NCBI GenBank assembly: GCA_944385675.1 | Contig: CALWYD010000080.1 | Location: forward strand, 35,193-99,192 | Length of the DNA: 64,000 nt | Direction: 5' to 3' | Source: an uncultured Oscillospiraceae bacterium | GTDB taxonomy: Bacteria > Bacillota > Clostridia > Oscillospirales > Oscillospiraceae | Shown here: piece by piece, positions 41,226-50,071 of the stretch | How positions within the stretch are numbered: position 1 is the first letter of the stretch | How the letters are laid out: each line of letters begins with the position of its first letter | Notes under the pieces: generated by a model | What the model was told of the DNA's origin: nothing | Seen by the model: the letters and a program-made list of their open reading frames with translations, nothing else | Database searches by the model: none | Translations under genes and position numbers: made by a program

Positions 41226-41318
41226 ACCCGCCGGGGGCGTTGACAGCAGACGCCCCCGGCGCTACAATATGCCCTGAGGATCCGGCCTGCACCGGGTTTC
41301 GGAGAGGAGATGGGCGCC

Positions 41319-42011
41319 ATGGACATTCACGGCCTGCAGAAGCTGACTCTGCTGGACTACCCGGGGAAGGTGGCCTGTACCGTGTTCCTGGGAGGATGCA
41401 ACCTGCGCTGTCCCTTCTGCCACAATGGAGATCTTGTCCTCTCCCCCGGCCCCGCCGCTCTGAATGAGGAGGATCTGCTCTCCTTCCTGCGCCGCCGCCG
41501 GGGCCTGCTGGAGGGGGTGTGCATCACCGGCGGAGAACCCCTGCTGCACCCGGAGCTGCCCCGACTTCTCTCTGCCCTTCGCGGGTTAGGCTACCCGGTG
41601 AAGCTGGACACCAACGGCAGCTTTCCTCAGAAGCTGGAGATGCTTATCCGGGAGAGCCTGGTGGACTATGTGGCTATGGACATTAAAAACAGTCCCCAGC
41701 GCTATCCCCAGACGGCCGGTGTGCCTGAGTTAAATTTGTCCCCTTATCGGGAGAGTGTAGCCCTGCTGCTGGAGGACACGGTGGAGTATGAATTTCGCAC
41801 CACCGTAGTGCGGGAGTTCCACGACGCCGACTCTTTCCGGGCCATCGGTCCCTGGCTCTCCGGGGCAAAGCGGTATTTCCTGCAGTCCTTCGTAGATCGG
41901 GACTCGGTGCTGCAAAAAGGCCTTCACCCCTGCTCCCGGCAGGAACTGGAGGTCTTTGCCAATCTGGTTCGCCCCTTTGTTGCCACAGTGGAGCTGCGGG
42001 GCGTGGACTGA
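41319..42011 (+). CDS. nrdG: Anaerobic RNR activating radical SAM protein
   Basis: LLDYPGK, GCNLRCPFCHN, TGGEP, KLDTNG, EFRTT. Confidence 0.92.
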   Translation: MDIHGLQKLTLLDYPGKVACTVFLGGCNLRCPFCHNGDLVLSPGPAALNEEDLLSFLRRRRGLLEGVCITGGEPLLHPELPRLLSALRGLGYPVKLDTNGSFPQKLEMLIRESLVDYVAMDIKNSPQRYPQTAGVPELNLSPYRESVALLLEDTVEYEFRTTVVREFHDADSFRAIGPWLSGAKRYFLQSFVDRDSVLQKGLHPCSRQELEVFANLVRPFVATVELRGVD

Positions 42012-42061
42012 CGTTCCTTTGGCGAGGATGACAAAAATCATCCTCGCTTTTTTGTCGGCAG

Positions 42062-42109
42062 AAACAATATATTGTGTTTTCTTTAAAAAATGGAATCAAT
42101 ATATTGACG
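42062..42109 (+). promoter_or_regulatory. Tandem NrdR boxes overlapping the nrdD promoter
   Basis: AAACAATATATTGTGT (42062) and AATCAATATATTGACG (42094), 32 bp apart; TTGACG-N17-TATGAT. Confidence 0.8.
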
Positions 42110-42213
42110 TCTTGTCTTGGAAATGCTATGATATAAAAGCGCTGTAACACCGGGATTTCCCGGTTTTTCTTTACGTGGAAAGATAACTGGAAGTACATAT
42201 GGAGGGATCGTCT

Positions 42214-44601
42214 ATGTACCAGGTCACCAAACGGGACGGGGCTGCCGCTGAGTTTGAAATTTCTAAAATCAGCGCCGCCATTACCAAGGCCTTTCAAGCT
42301 CTTAACAAGCAGTTCCATCCCAGCGTTATCGATATGCTGGCCCTGCGGGTTACCGCCGACTTTGAGCCCAAAATTCAGGATGGCCGCATTGCCGTGGAGG
42401 ATATTCAGGACAGTGTGGAAAAGGTGCTCTCGGAGGCGGGCTATGCCGATGTGTCCAAGGCCTATATTCTCTACCGCAAACAGCGGGAGAAAATCCGTAA
42501 TGTCAACTCCGCCCTGCTCAACTACAAGGATCTGGTGGACGACTATCTGCAGATCAACGACTGGCGTGTGAAGGAGAACTCCACCGTCACCTACTCGGTA
42601 GGCGGCCTCATTCTCTCCAACTCCGGGGCCATCACCGCCAACTATTGGCTGAGCGAAATCTACGACCAGGAAGTGGCCGATGCCCACCGCAATGCAGACA
42701 TCCATATCCACGATCTCAGTATGCTCACCGGCTACTGCGCGGGCTGGAGCCTGAAGCAGCTCATCCAGGAGGGACTGGGGGGTATCCCGGGCAAGATTAC
42801 CTCCGCTCCCGCCAAGCATCTTTCCACCTTGTGCAACCAGATGGTCAACTTCCTGGGCATCATGCAAAACGAGTGGGCGGGAGCTCAGGCCTTCTCCTCC
42901 TTTGACACCTACCTGGCCCCCTTTGTCAAGGTGGACAACCTGACCCAGAAAGAGGTCAAGCAGTGCATCCAGTGCTTTGTCTATGGGGTCAACACTCCCT
43001 CCCGCTGGGGCACCCAGGCCCCCTTCTCCAACATCACCCTGGACTGGACGGTACCCAAGGATCTGGCAAACCTGCCCGCCATTGTGGGTGGGAAGGAGAT
43101 GGACTTCACCTACGGGGACTGCAAAAAAGAGATGGACATGGTCAACCGCGCCTTTATTGAGATTATGATTGAGGGCGACGCCAACGGCCGGGGCTTCCAG
43201 TATCCCATTCCCACCTACTCCATCACCCGGGACTTTGACTGGAGCGAGACTGAGAACAATAAGCTTCTCTTTGAGATGACCGCCAAATACGGAACCCCTT
43301 ATTTCTCCAACTATATTAACTCCGACATGGAGCCCTCCGACGTGCGCTCCATGTGCTGTCGGCTGCGACTGGATTTGCGTGAGTTGCGCAAAAAGTCAGG
43401 GGGCTTTTTCGGCTCCGGCGAGTCCACCGGCAGCGTGGGTGTGGTCACCATCAACTTGCCCCGTATTGCCTACCTGGCCAGTGACGAGGCCGATTTCTAC
43501 AAGCGGCTGGACCGGCTGATGGACGTGGCCGCCCGGAGCCTGAAAACCAAGCGCACCGTCATCACTAAACTGCTGGATGCCGGACTCTACCCCTACACCA
43601 AGCGGTATCTGGGCACTTTTGCAAACCACTTCTCCACTATCGGCCTCATCGGTATGAACGAGGTGGGGCTGAACGCCAAGTGGCTGGGCCAGGATCTCAC
43701 CCACCCGGCTACCCAGGCCTTTGCCAGGGACGTGCTCAACCATATGCGTGAACGCCTGAGCGACTACCAGGAGGCCTACGGAGACCTCTATAACCTGGAG
43801 GCCACCCCCGCTGAGTCCACCACCTACCGCTTCGCCAAACATGACAAGAAGCAGTTCCCTGACATCATTACCGCCAATGAGAACGGCACCCCCTACTACA
43901 CCAACTCCTCCCACCTGCCTGTGGGCTACACCGAGGATATCTTCTCTGCCCTGGACGTACAGGACGAGCTGCAGACCCTCTACACTTCCGGCACTGTCTT
44001 CCACGCCTTTTTAGGGGAGAAACTGCCCGACTGGAAGGCGGCGGCCACTCTGGTGCGGAAAATTGCCGAGAATTATAAGCTGCCCTACTACACCATGTCT
44101 CCCACCTACTCCGTCTGCGCCGACCACGGCTATCTGGCCGGCGAACAGCATACCTGCCCTTACTGCGGTAAGGAGGCGGACGTGTCTAGCCGCATCACTG
44201 GCTACTACCGCCCAGTAAAAAACTGGAATGACGGCAAAGCCCAGGAGTTTAAAGACCGGAAGGTATATGATATCGGCCGCTCCCACCTGCGGCGGGCGGG
44301 GGTTGCCGGCAGTCCGGTAACCGTTGATGTCCAGCCTGCGGCTCCCATCCTCTCCGGTTCCCTGATGCTCTTTGCCACCCGTACCTGCCCCAACTGCGCC
44401 CAGGCGGAAAAGCTCCTGGAACAGGCGGGTGTGCCTTATCGGAAGGTGCTGGCAGAGGAGAACCCCGATCTTACCGTTCGCTACGGCGTGCGCCAGGCCC
44501 CCACTTTGGTGGAGGAGAGCGGAAGCGATCCGGTAAAGATGGTGGGGCTGGGCGCCATTCGCACCTTTATTGACCAGATCCGCCCGGCAAGCGTGGGCTG
44601 A
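42214..44601 (+). CDS. nrdD: Class III ribonucleoside-triphosphate reductase with N-terminal ATP cone and C-terminal glutaredoxin/NrdH-like domain
   Basis: VTKRDG ATP cone, HIHDL..GYC, SMCCRL, ATPAES, CxxH/CxxC Zn site, RITGY glycyl loop, then TCPNC...QAPTL. Confidence 0.95.
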   Translation: MYQVTKRDGAAAEFEISKISAAITKAFQALNKQFHPSVIDMLALRVTADFEPKIQDGRIAVEDIQDSVEKVLSEAGYADVSKAYILYRKQREKIRNVNSALLNYKDLVDDYLQINDWRVKENSTVTYSVGGLILSNSGAITANYWLSEIYDQEVADAHRNADIHIHDLSMLTGYCAGWSLKQLIQEGLGGIPGKITSAPAKHLSTLCNQMVNFLGIMQNEWAGAQAFSSFDTYLAPFVKVDNLTQKEVKQCIQCFVYGVNTPSRWGTQAPFSNITLDWTVPKDLANLPAIVGGKEMDFTYGDCKKEMDMVNRAFIEIMIEGDANGRGFQYPIPTYSITRDFDWSETENNKLLFEMTAKYGTPYFSNYINSDMEPSDVRSMCCRLRLDLRELRKKSGGFFGSGESTGSVGVVTINLPRIAYLASDEADFYKRLDRLMDVAARSLKTKRTVITKLLDAGLYPYTKRYLGTFANHFSTIGLIGMNEVGLNAKWLGQDLTHPATQAFARDVLNHMRERLSDYQEAYGDLYNLEATPAESTTYRFAKHDKKQFPDIITANENGTPYYTNSSHLPVGYTEDIFSALDVQDELQTLYTSGTVFHAFLGEKLPDWKAAATLVRKIAENYKLPYYTMSPTYSVCADHGYLAGEQHTCPYCGKEADVSSRITGYYRPVKNWNDGKAQEFKDRKVYDIGRSHLRRAGVAGSPVTVDVQPAAPILSGSLMLFATRTCPNCAQAEKLLEQAGVPYRKVLAEENPDLTVRYGVRQAPTLVEESGSDPVKMVGLGAIRTFIDQIRPASVG

Positions 44602-44701
44602 GCGTTGCATTCTGCCGCTGACTGCGGTACAATAAAAGCGGCCCCGGAATACCGGGGCCGCTTTTTTCTAAAACCCACATAGATAAGGGAGGATACCCAC
44701 C

Positions 44702-45619
44702 ATGTATGACGTGATTGTGGTAGGCGGAGGGCCCGCAGGCCTGACTGCCGCCCTGTATGCAGCCCGGGCAGGGAAAGCTGTACTGGTTTTGGAGGGCGAG
44801 AGTGCCGGCGGCCAGATCCAGTACTCCCCCCTGGTGGACAACTACCCCGGCCTGCCAGGCATGAGCGGAGCTGACTTTTCCCAGGCCCTGGTTCAGCAGG
44901 TTCAAAACCTGGGCGTTCACCTGCGCATGGAGGAGGTCACCCTCCTGCGCACCCAAAACGGGCTGATGGAGCTGACCACTTCCCAGGGAAGATACACCGC
45001 CCCCGCACTGGTTCTGGCTACCGGAGTAAGTCATCGGAAGTTGGGTCTGGCCGGAGAAGACGAGTTGATCGGCATGGGAGTCTCCTACTGCGCTGTATGC
45101 GATGGAGCTTTTTACGCTGGGAGGCCGGTCGCTGTAGTGGGTGGTGGAGACACCGCCCTCCAGGAGGCCCTGTTTCTCTCCGCCCGGTGTTCCAAAGTGA
45201 CTCTCATCCACCGCCGGGACCTGTTTCGGGGGGAGAGCCGCCTGGTGGAGCAGCTGCGGGAGAAAGACAATGTAGACTTTTTGCTCAGCACCACGGTGGA
45301 GGCGCTCCACAGCGGCTCCGATGGCCTCACTGGCCTGACTCTGCGGGACCAAAAGGCGAAGAAAACGCTGGAGCTGGCAGTAGACGGTCTATTTGTTGCC
45401 GTGGGTCAGGAACCCCACAGCCAGGTCTTCTCTACCCTGGTGATGACCGATGACCGGGGCTATTTCTTGGCCGGTGAGGACTGCGCCGCCAGCCTGCCCG
45501 GAGTATTTGCCGCCGGGGACTGCCGGGTCAAATCAGTGCGCCAGCTGACCACCGCTGTGGGAGACGGCGCAGTGGCCGGGCTGGGTGCCAGCCGGTATGT
45601 GGACGAGCGGCAGGGCTGA
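44702..45619 (+). CDS. trxB: Thioredoxin reductase-like FAD/NAD(P)H disulfide oxidoreductase
   Basis: GGGPAGL, SYCAVCDG, GGGDTA, HRR, FAAGD. Confidence 0.9.
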   Translation: MYDVIVVGGGPAGLTAALYAARAGKAVLVLEGESAGGQIQYSPLVDNYPGLPGMSGADFSQALVQQVQNLGVHLRMEEVTLLRTQNGLMELTTSQGRYTAPALVLATGVSHRKLGLAGEDELIGMGVSYCAVCDGAFYAGRPVAVVGGGDTALQEALFLSARCSKVTLIHRRDLFRGESRLVEQLREKDNVDFLLSTTVEALHSGSDGLTGLTLRDQKAKKTLELAVDGLFVAVGQEPHSQVFSTLVMTDDRGYFLAGEDCAASLPGVFAAGDCRVKSVRQLTTAVGDGAVAGLGASRYVDERQG

Positions 45620-45620
45620 G

Positions 45621-46565
45621 ATGGAATACTACTTTGCCCCCATGGAGGGGGTCACCGGCGCCCTCTACCGCCAAGCCCACCACCAGTTTTTTCAGGGTAT
45701 GGACGCCTATTATATGCCCTTCCTCACCCCCACCCGGGACCGGGTCTTTACCCCCCGGGATCTGCGGGAGACTGCGCCGGAACACAACCGTGGGTTCCGG
45801 GCGGTGCCCCAGCTGCTCACCCGGGACGCGGGGGACTTCTGCTGGGCGGCCAACGCCCTATTCGACATGGGCTATGACGAGGTCAACCTGAATCTGGGCT
45901 GCCCCTCCGGCACTGTGGTGGCCAAAGGAAAGGGGGCCGGCATGCTGGCCGACCCCGTAGCCCTGGACGCCTTCCTGGACAGATCGTTCTCTCAGGTAAA
46001 GGGTCCCGTCTCTGTCAAGACCCGGCTGGGACTGGAATCCCCGGAGGAGTTCGGCCCCCTGCTGGAGGTCTTTGCCCGTTACCCCATCTCCCTGCTTATT
46101 GTCCACCCCCGGGTGCGCAGCGACTTTTACCGCCAGCCGGTGCGCCGGGAGGCTTTCGCCCGGACTATTAAGGAGTACACCGGCCCCCTGTGCTATAACG
46201 GCGGACTCAATTCAGTGCAGGACTGCGCAGCACTTTCCCGGGAGTTTCCCACCGTTACCCGGCTCATGCTGGGCCGGGGACTTCTGCGCAACCCTGCCCT
46301 GATCCGCCAGGCCAAAGGGGGCGCGGCTCCAGAGCCCGGGGAACTGAGGGCTTTCCACGACCAACTCTACCACAGTTACCTGGAAGCCTTTCACAGCGTA
46401 CGCAACACCGTTTACCACATGAAAGAACTCTGGAGCTATATGGGTTCCCTGTTCCAAGGGAGCGAGAAGCTTCTGAAACAGATCCGAAAGGCACAGGACG
46501 CCTCCGCCTACGAAAGCGCAACGGAACAGATCTTCCGTACCCTGCCTCTGGCCGTTCCACAGTAG
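45621..46565 (+). CDS. dus: tRNA-dihydrouridine synthase family protein
   Basis: APMEG, NLNLGCP, SVKTRLG, HPR, MLGRG. Confidence 0.88.
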   Translation: MEYYFAPMEGVTGALYRQAHHQFFQGMDAYYMPFLTPTRDRVFTPRDLRETAPEHNRGFRAVPQLLTRDAGDFCWAANALFDMGYDEVNLNLGCPSGTVVAKGKGAGMLADPVALDAFLDRSFSQVKGPVSVKTRLGLESPEEFGPLLEVFARYPISLLIVHPRVRSDFYRQPVRREAFARTIKEYTGPLCYNGGLNSVQDCAALSREFPTVTRLMLGRGLLRNPALIRQAKGGAAPEPGELRAFHDQLYHSYLEAFHSVRNTVYHMKELWSYMGSLFQGSEKLLKQIRKAQDASAYESATEQIFRTLPLAVPQ

Positions 46566-46620
46566 CCCCGTATGCCTCTGCACCGTCGGGCGACAGTCAA
46601 GACGGCTGCCATATCCAAAG

Positions 46621-46662
46621 CCAAAAGGAAAGGACATCCAAACGGATGTCCTTTCACTTTGG
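46621..46662. terminator. Inverted repeat/terminator
   Basis: GAAAGGACATCC-AAAC-GGATGTCCTTTC. Confidence 0.7.
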
Positions 46663-46689
46663 AATATTCCATCTTTGCCTAGCCTTTGT

Positions 46690-49080
46690 TTAGTTGGCCT
46701 CTATCCAGCCATCGCCTCCGCACCGGCTGCACGGTATCTCTCCCGACCCGCCGCATTTGCTGCAGCGTTCCCAGTCCCACTTGTTCGTATTGGTACCAAC
46801 GCCATCGTACTGGGGCGTGGAGTGGTCATAAACGCGCCGCCCTCCCTCGCCGTCACAGGCGCTGCACTCCACCTTTCCGTTAGAGCATCCAATAAAGGTG
46901 CAGCGGATTCTGACCGTTCTGTCGGAAGAATCTGAGGAAGGCGTACCGCCGGAACCGCTGTTTCCGGAAGTATTTGCGCCCACGCTCTGGGTCTCCGGGT
47001 CGATGGATACAGCGATTAGGTATTCTTCCTCCTGGGGAGCACTGTCATACTGCAGTCCGATGTGGAATACCGCCTCCTTATTTTCTTCCCAATACAGGAT
47101 GCGCATATTTACCTGCTTGATCTCCCCGCTTAACCCGGGAACAGCGCTGTAATATGTCTCATTGTGGAGGGCATAAAACGTTGTAAGACTGTCCAGAGGA
47201 CTGTTATTTTTGTGGGTTCCTCCACTTCTGATAAAGGAATGGTCATCGGCCAGCTCTAACCCTGTCATGATAAGGCCCGCCTCCAACTCTTTTGTGCTGG
47301 GAAAGCTCAGCCGCAGGCGGACGGCGCCGTAGGCATCTTCCACAAAGAGAGCTTTGCTGCCACCGGAATAAATCTGGAAGCGGGCAGAATAGGTCTTGCT
47401 GTTGTCCCCAGAGCACACAGCCGCCTCTCCTACGCCGGCGGTCAGCCTCCCATCCGTGGTCTGGTATGCTCCGCTGGACAGACGAACCAGCCCGGCAGCG
47501 GCTGAGGTTCCCGCCAGTGAGGTACTTACACCGCTCTCTCCGTAGCGCCGGCCGTTGTCAAAGCAGGTTAGACTGTCGTTGTAGGTAATGCTGCCCGAGA
47601 CAGACTGATACCTGGCTGCCCCATAAATCCGGATATCTCCCGTTGCGCTGTTGCTGAACCCTTTGGACTTATCCCCGGTCAGCACCTCCGGCCCGGTGTA
47701 TTTCAGCAGAAAATCAAAATATGTTTTATTGCCGGGGAGGTTCTTGTAGTTCTCGTAATAGGGCGTCTCCACCAACTGAAAGTCGTAGTCTTCCACCAGC
47801 ATATCCACATAGGACTCCAGCAGTGCATAGTCGTCCAGATTACATTCCAGACTCTGTGTAATAGTTTTCCCCGCTCCCGCTTCCCGCAGACCAAATTCAA
47901 TTTCACCTGCCGCGTAGCTTGCCAAATCCGGGAATACGGCCCCGTCGGGCACAACGGACGCGGAGGAAAGGGGCGCCGCCACCTCTGTCGCCTCCTGGGG
48001 CATATCTGTCGTATCCCCGGAACCCCCCTCTTGTTTTCCCTTAATCGTTGTGGGGGCACTGATACCACAGTGTTCAAACATCCCCTCCGTGTCTGCTCCG
48101 GACAGGTTCCACTCCCCCACCGTCAATGCGGTCAGCTTTGAACAGTACTGAAACATCTCATTGGCATCTGTCACGCTGCTCATATCCCAACCGCTGAGAT
48201 CCAGTTGAGCAGCACCCACACCCTTAAACAGATTGTCCATGCGGGTAACCTGAGAGACATCCCAATTGCTCAGGGAAATCGTCTCCAGATTGTCGCTGGC
48301 CTGAAACATGCAGCGCAGATCTGTCAAAGAGCCGGTGTCCCACTGGTTCAAATCCAGTTCCGTCAGTCCGTCACAGTTGAAAAACATAGAGTGCATAGTC
48401 TGCACATTGGCCGTATTCCAGGCGCCCACCTTTAGCTCAGCGATGGAGCTGCATGTGTCAAACACATTGCTCATGTCCGTAACACGGGAGGTATCGAATG
48501 TCTCCACATCCGCTTTTGTCATCTTAAAATTATGTTTGAACATGGCGTTCATGGAAGTGGTATTCTCTGTATGGAATGCACCGTTAAAATAAAATCCGTC
48601 AGCGTTTGTATAGTAGGCAAACAGCTGCGTACAGTCCTCCGGGGCGGCCACACCCCCCTCACCGGCAATGAACAGATGGTACAGTTCTCCCTGTTCCTCT
48701 GTCCAAAGCAAAACTGAGCCGTCCTGTGCAGCAGAGACGTCCACCGTCTCTTGAGGAGCATCCTCCAATGTGTCCAGGAATATCACACAGCAGATTTCCT
48801 CCCGCGTGATGTCAGTACGGAACACAGAGGACTGCATCTCTCCGTTGGGCTGTACTACATCTGCCGGGTTAGCCATCAGCACATTGTTTGCCCATCTGAG
48901 CTCAGAGGACACGGGCACCGTCTCCCCTCCAGAACCATGGGCCGTCTCTCCCCCTCCGGAACGGGAACAGCTTCCGGCGACTAGCACAATGACCAATACC
49001 GCGGCCAGTGTAGTCAGCAAGCTCTTGAGAGATATGACGTGGGAAGATGCCTGCCCACTACGTTTTGCAAACATACCCAT
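46690..49080 (-). CDS. BspA/DUF285 repeat surface protein with C-terminal DnaJ-type Zn finger
   Basis: N-terminal TM; repeats (F/W)DTS.VT.M..MF..C..L..LDL..W; CSACDGEG, CSKCGGSG, CSRCGGDG. Confidence 0.85.
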   Translation of the reverse strand: MGMFAKRSGQASSHVISLKSLLTTLAAVLVIVLVAGSCSRSGGGETAHGSGGETVPVSSELRWANNVLMANPADVVQPNGEMQSSVFRTDITREEICCVIFLDTLEDAPQETVDVSAAQDGSVLLWTEEQGELYHLFIAGEGGVAAPEDCTQLFAYYTNADGFYFNGAFHTENTTSMNAMFKHNFKMTKADVETFDTSRVTDMSNVFDTCSSIAELKVGAWNTANVQTMHSMFFNCDGLTELDLNQWDTGSLTDLRCMFQASDNLETISLSNWDVSQVTRMDNLFKGVGAAQLDLSGWDMSSVTDANEMFQYCSKLTALTVGEWNLSGADTEGMFEHCGISAPTTIKGKQEGGSGDTTDMPQEATEVAAPLSSASVVPDGAVFPDLASYAAGEIEFGLREAGAGKTITQSLECNLDDYALLESYVDMLVEDYDFQLVETPYYENYKNLPGNKTYFDFLLKYTGPEVLTGDKSKGFSNSATGDIRIYGAARYQSVSGSITYNDSLTCFDNGRRYGESGVSTSLAGTSAAAGLVRLSSGAYQTTDGRLTAGVGEAAVCSGDNSKTYSARFQIYSGGSKALFVEDAYGAVRLRLSFPSTKELEAGLIMTGLELADDHSFIRSGGTHKNNSPLDSLTTFYALHNETYYSAVPGLSGEIKQVNMRILYWEENKEAVFHIGLQYDSAPQEEEYLIAVSIDPETQSVGANTSGNSGSGGTPSSDSSDRTVRIRCTFIGCSNGKVECSACDGEGGRRVYDHSTPQYDGVGTNTNKWDWERCSKCGGSGEIPCSRCGGDGWIEAN

Positions 49081-49538
49081 GATAGAACCTCCTTCTCAGT
49101 TCTCCCGGGGACAGCACCATCTCCAGGAAAACCCCTTCCACCCAGATAAACGCGACTCCGGTTACGCATTCTCTCCATTTCTGAAGGCGGAACATAATAC
49201 AGGATATGGCCAGAGTGCCCTACAGCTAGAAAACACCCTCAAAGTTCTGGATTTTAATCGTGGAATCGCTTCCCCAGAGAAATATCGTTGAGCTGAGAAA
49301 TTCCAGCTTTCCAGCCATCCTGCCGCCTTTGGACAATACGGATTAGCTTGCCAAACACATAGGCCCAGCAGCAAAATATACACCCGTATATACCGGCTGT
49401 GTTTCTCGTCCCCATATCATATTGATTGTTCAAGAATATTTTATCAAACCTGGTTTTAAAACACAACGCTTACTTTCCTTCTGGAATACCGCCTCTTGAG
49501 GAGAAAAACTGTCTCACCGTGGCAAGCGGAACGCCAAA

Positions 49539-49569
49539 CAAGGGGACATCCTTTTTGGATGTCCCCTTG
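49539..49569. repeat. Inverted repeat related to the one at 46628
   Basis: CAAGGGGACATCC-TTTTT-GGATGTCCCCTTG. Confidence 0.75.
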
Positions 49570-49612
49570 GGCAAACAGTTTTAAGAACACCCCTCAGGTC
49601 TGCACCAAAACC

Positions 49613-49701
49613 CGAATTGAAGCTCAGCGCCTGCGCAGCCGTTGGCGGCTCTGCCGCCTGATGGCTGCGGCGTACCCTCTGCGGGTAAGCGGATCCGATT
49701 C
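49613..49701. repeat. REP-like GC-rich nested palindromic element
   Basis: GCAGCCGTTGGCGGC-TCT-GCCGCCTGATGGCTGC hairpin within an outer GAATTGAAGC...GGATCCGATTC imperfect stem. Confidence 0.5.
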
Positions 49702-49779
49702 AGAACGTATCTGCCACAAGATGAGTGAGAGGTGGCTTTTGGAGAAAGTTGCCGCAAACAATATGGCGTACACAGCGAC

Positions 49780-49960
49780 AGGGATCCTTCACCGTCTGCA
49801 CAGCCAGCTCCTTTGAGGCGACGGAAGCCATCTTTCAAAATTGAACATCTTGTCTGCCAACACCTGCTGCTGATACAGGCCGCTTTCAATTTGGTGGACC
49901 ACCACCGATCTTGACCAATCATTCTTCTGGCAGGCTGTAAGATACCATCGTGCTCTTCTG
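49780..49960 (-). pseudogene. DUF1016/YhcG (PDDEXK nuclease) internal fragment
   Basis: WY....KNDWSRSVVVHQIESGLYQQQ..ADK..NFE..LPSPQ, then frameshifted ELAVQTVKDP. Confidence 0.7.
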
Positions 49961-49978
49961 ATACTCTGTCCGACAGGA

Positions 49979-50071
49979 CGAGGTGGTGGCCGCTGACTCG
50001 ATATGAAATTTTTCTCCAGTCCCGCCTTCTTCACCAAGTCCTTCATCACGAACCGGGCCATCGTGCTTCTG
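49979..50071 (-). pseudogene. Low-molecular-weight protein tyrosine phosphatase fragment
   Basis: RSTMARFVMKDLVKKAGL..(frameshift)FHIESAATT; catalytic CxGNxCR start missing. Confidence 0.65.

Noticed and set aside
44170-44215. NrdD VSSRITGY instead of the usual VYSRITGY
   Set aside because: The radical Gly is intact; may be a benign variant or base-calling error
49090-49470. Short ORFs or riboswitch upstream of the BspA-like gene
   Set aside because: No recognisable motif; possibly a decayed gene, but cannot be supported
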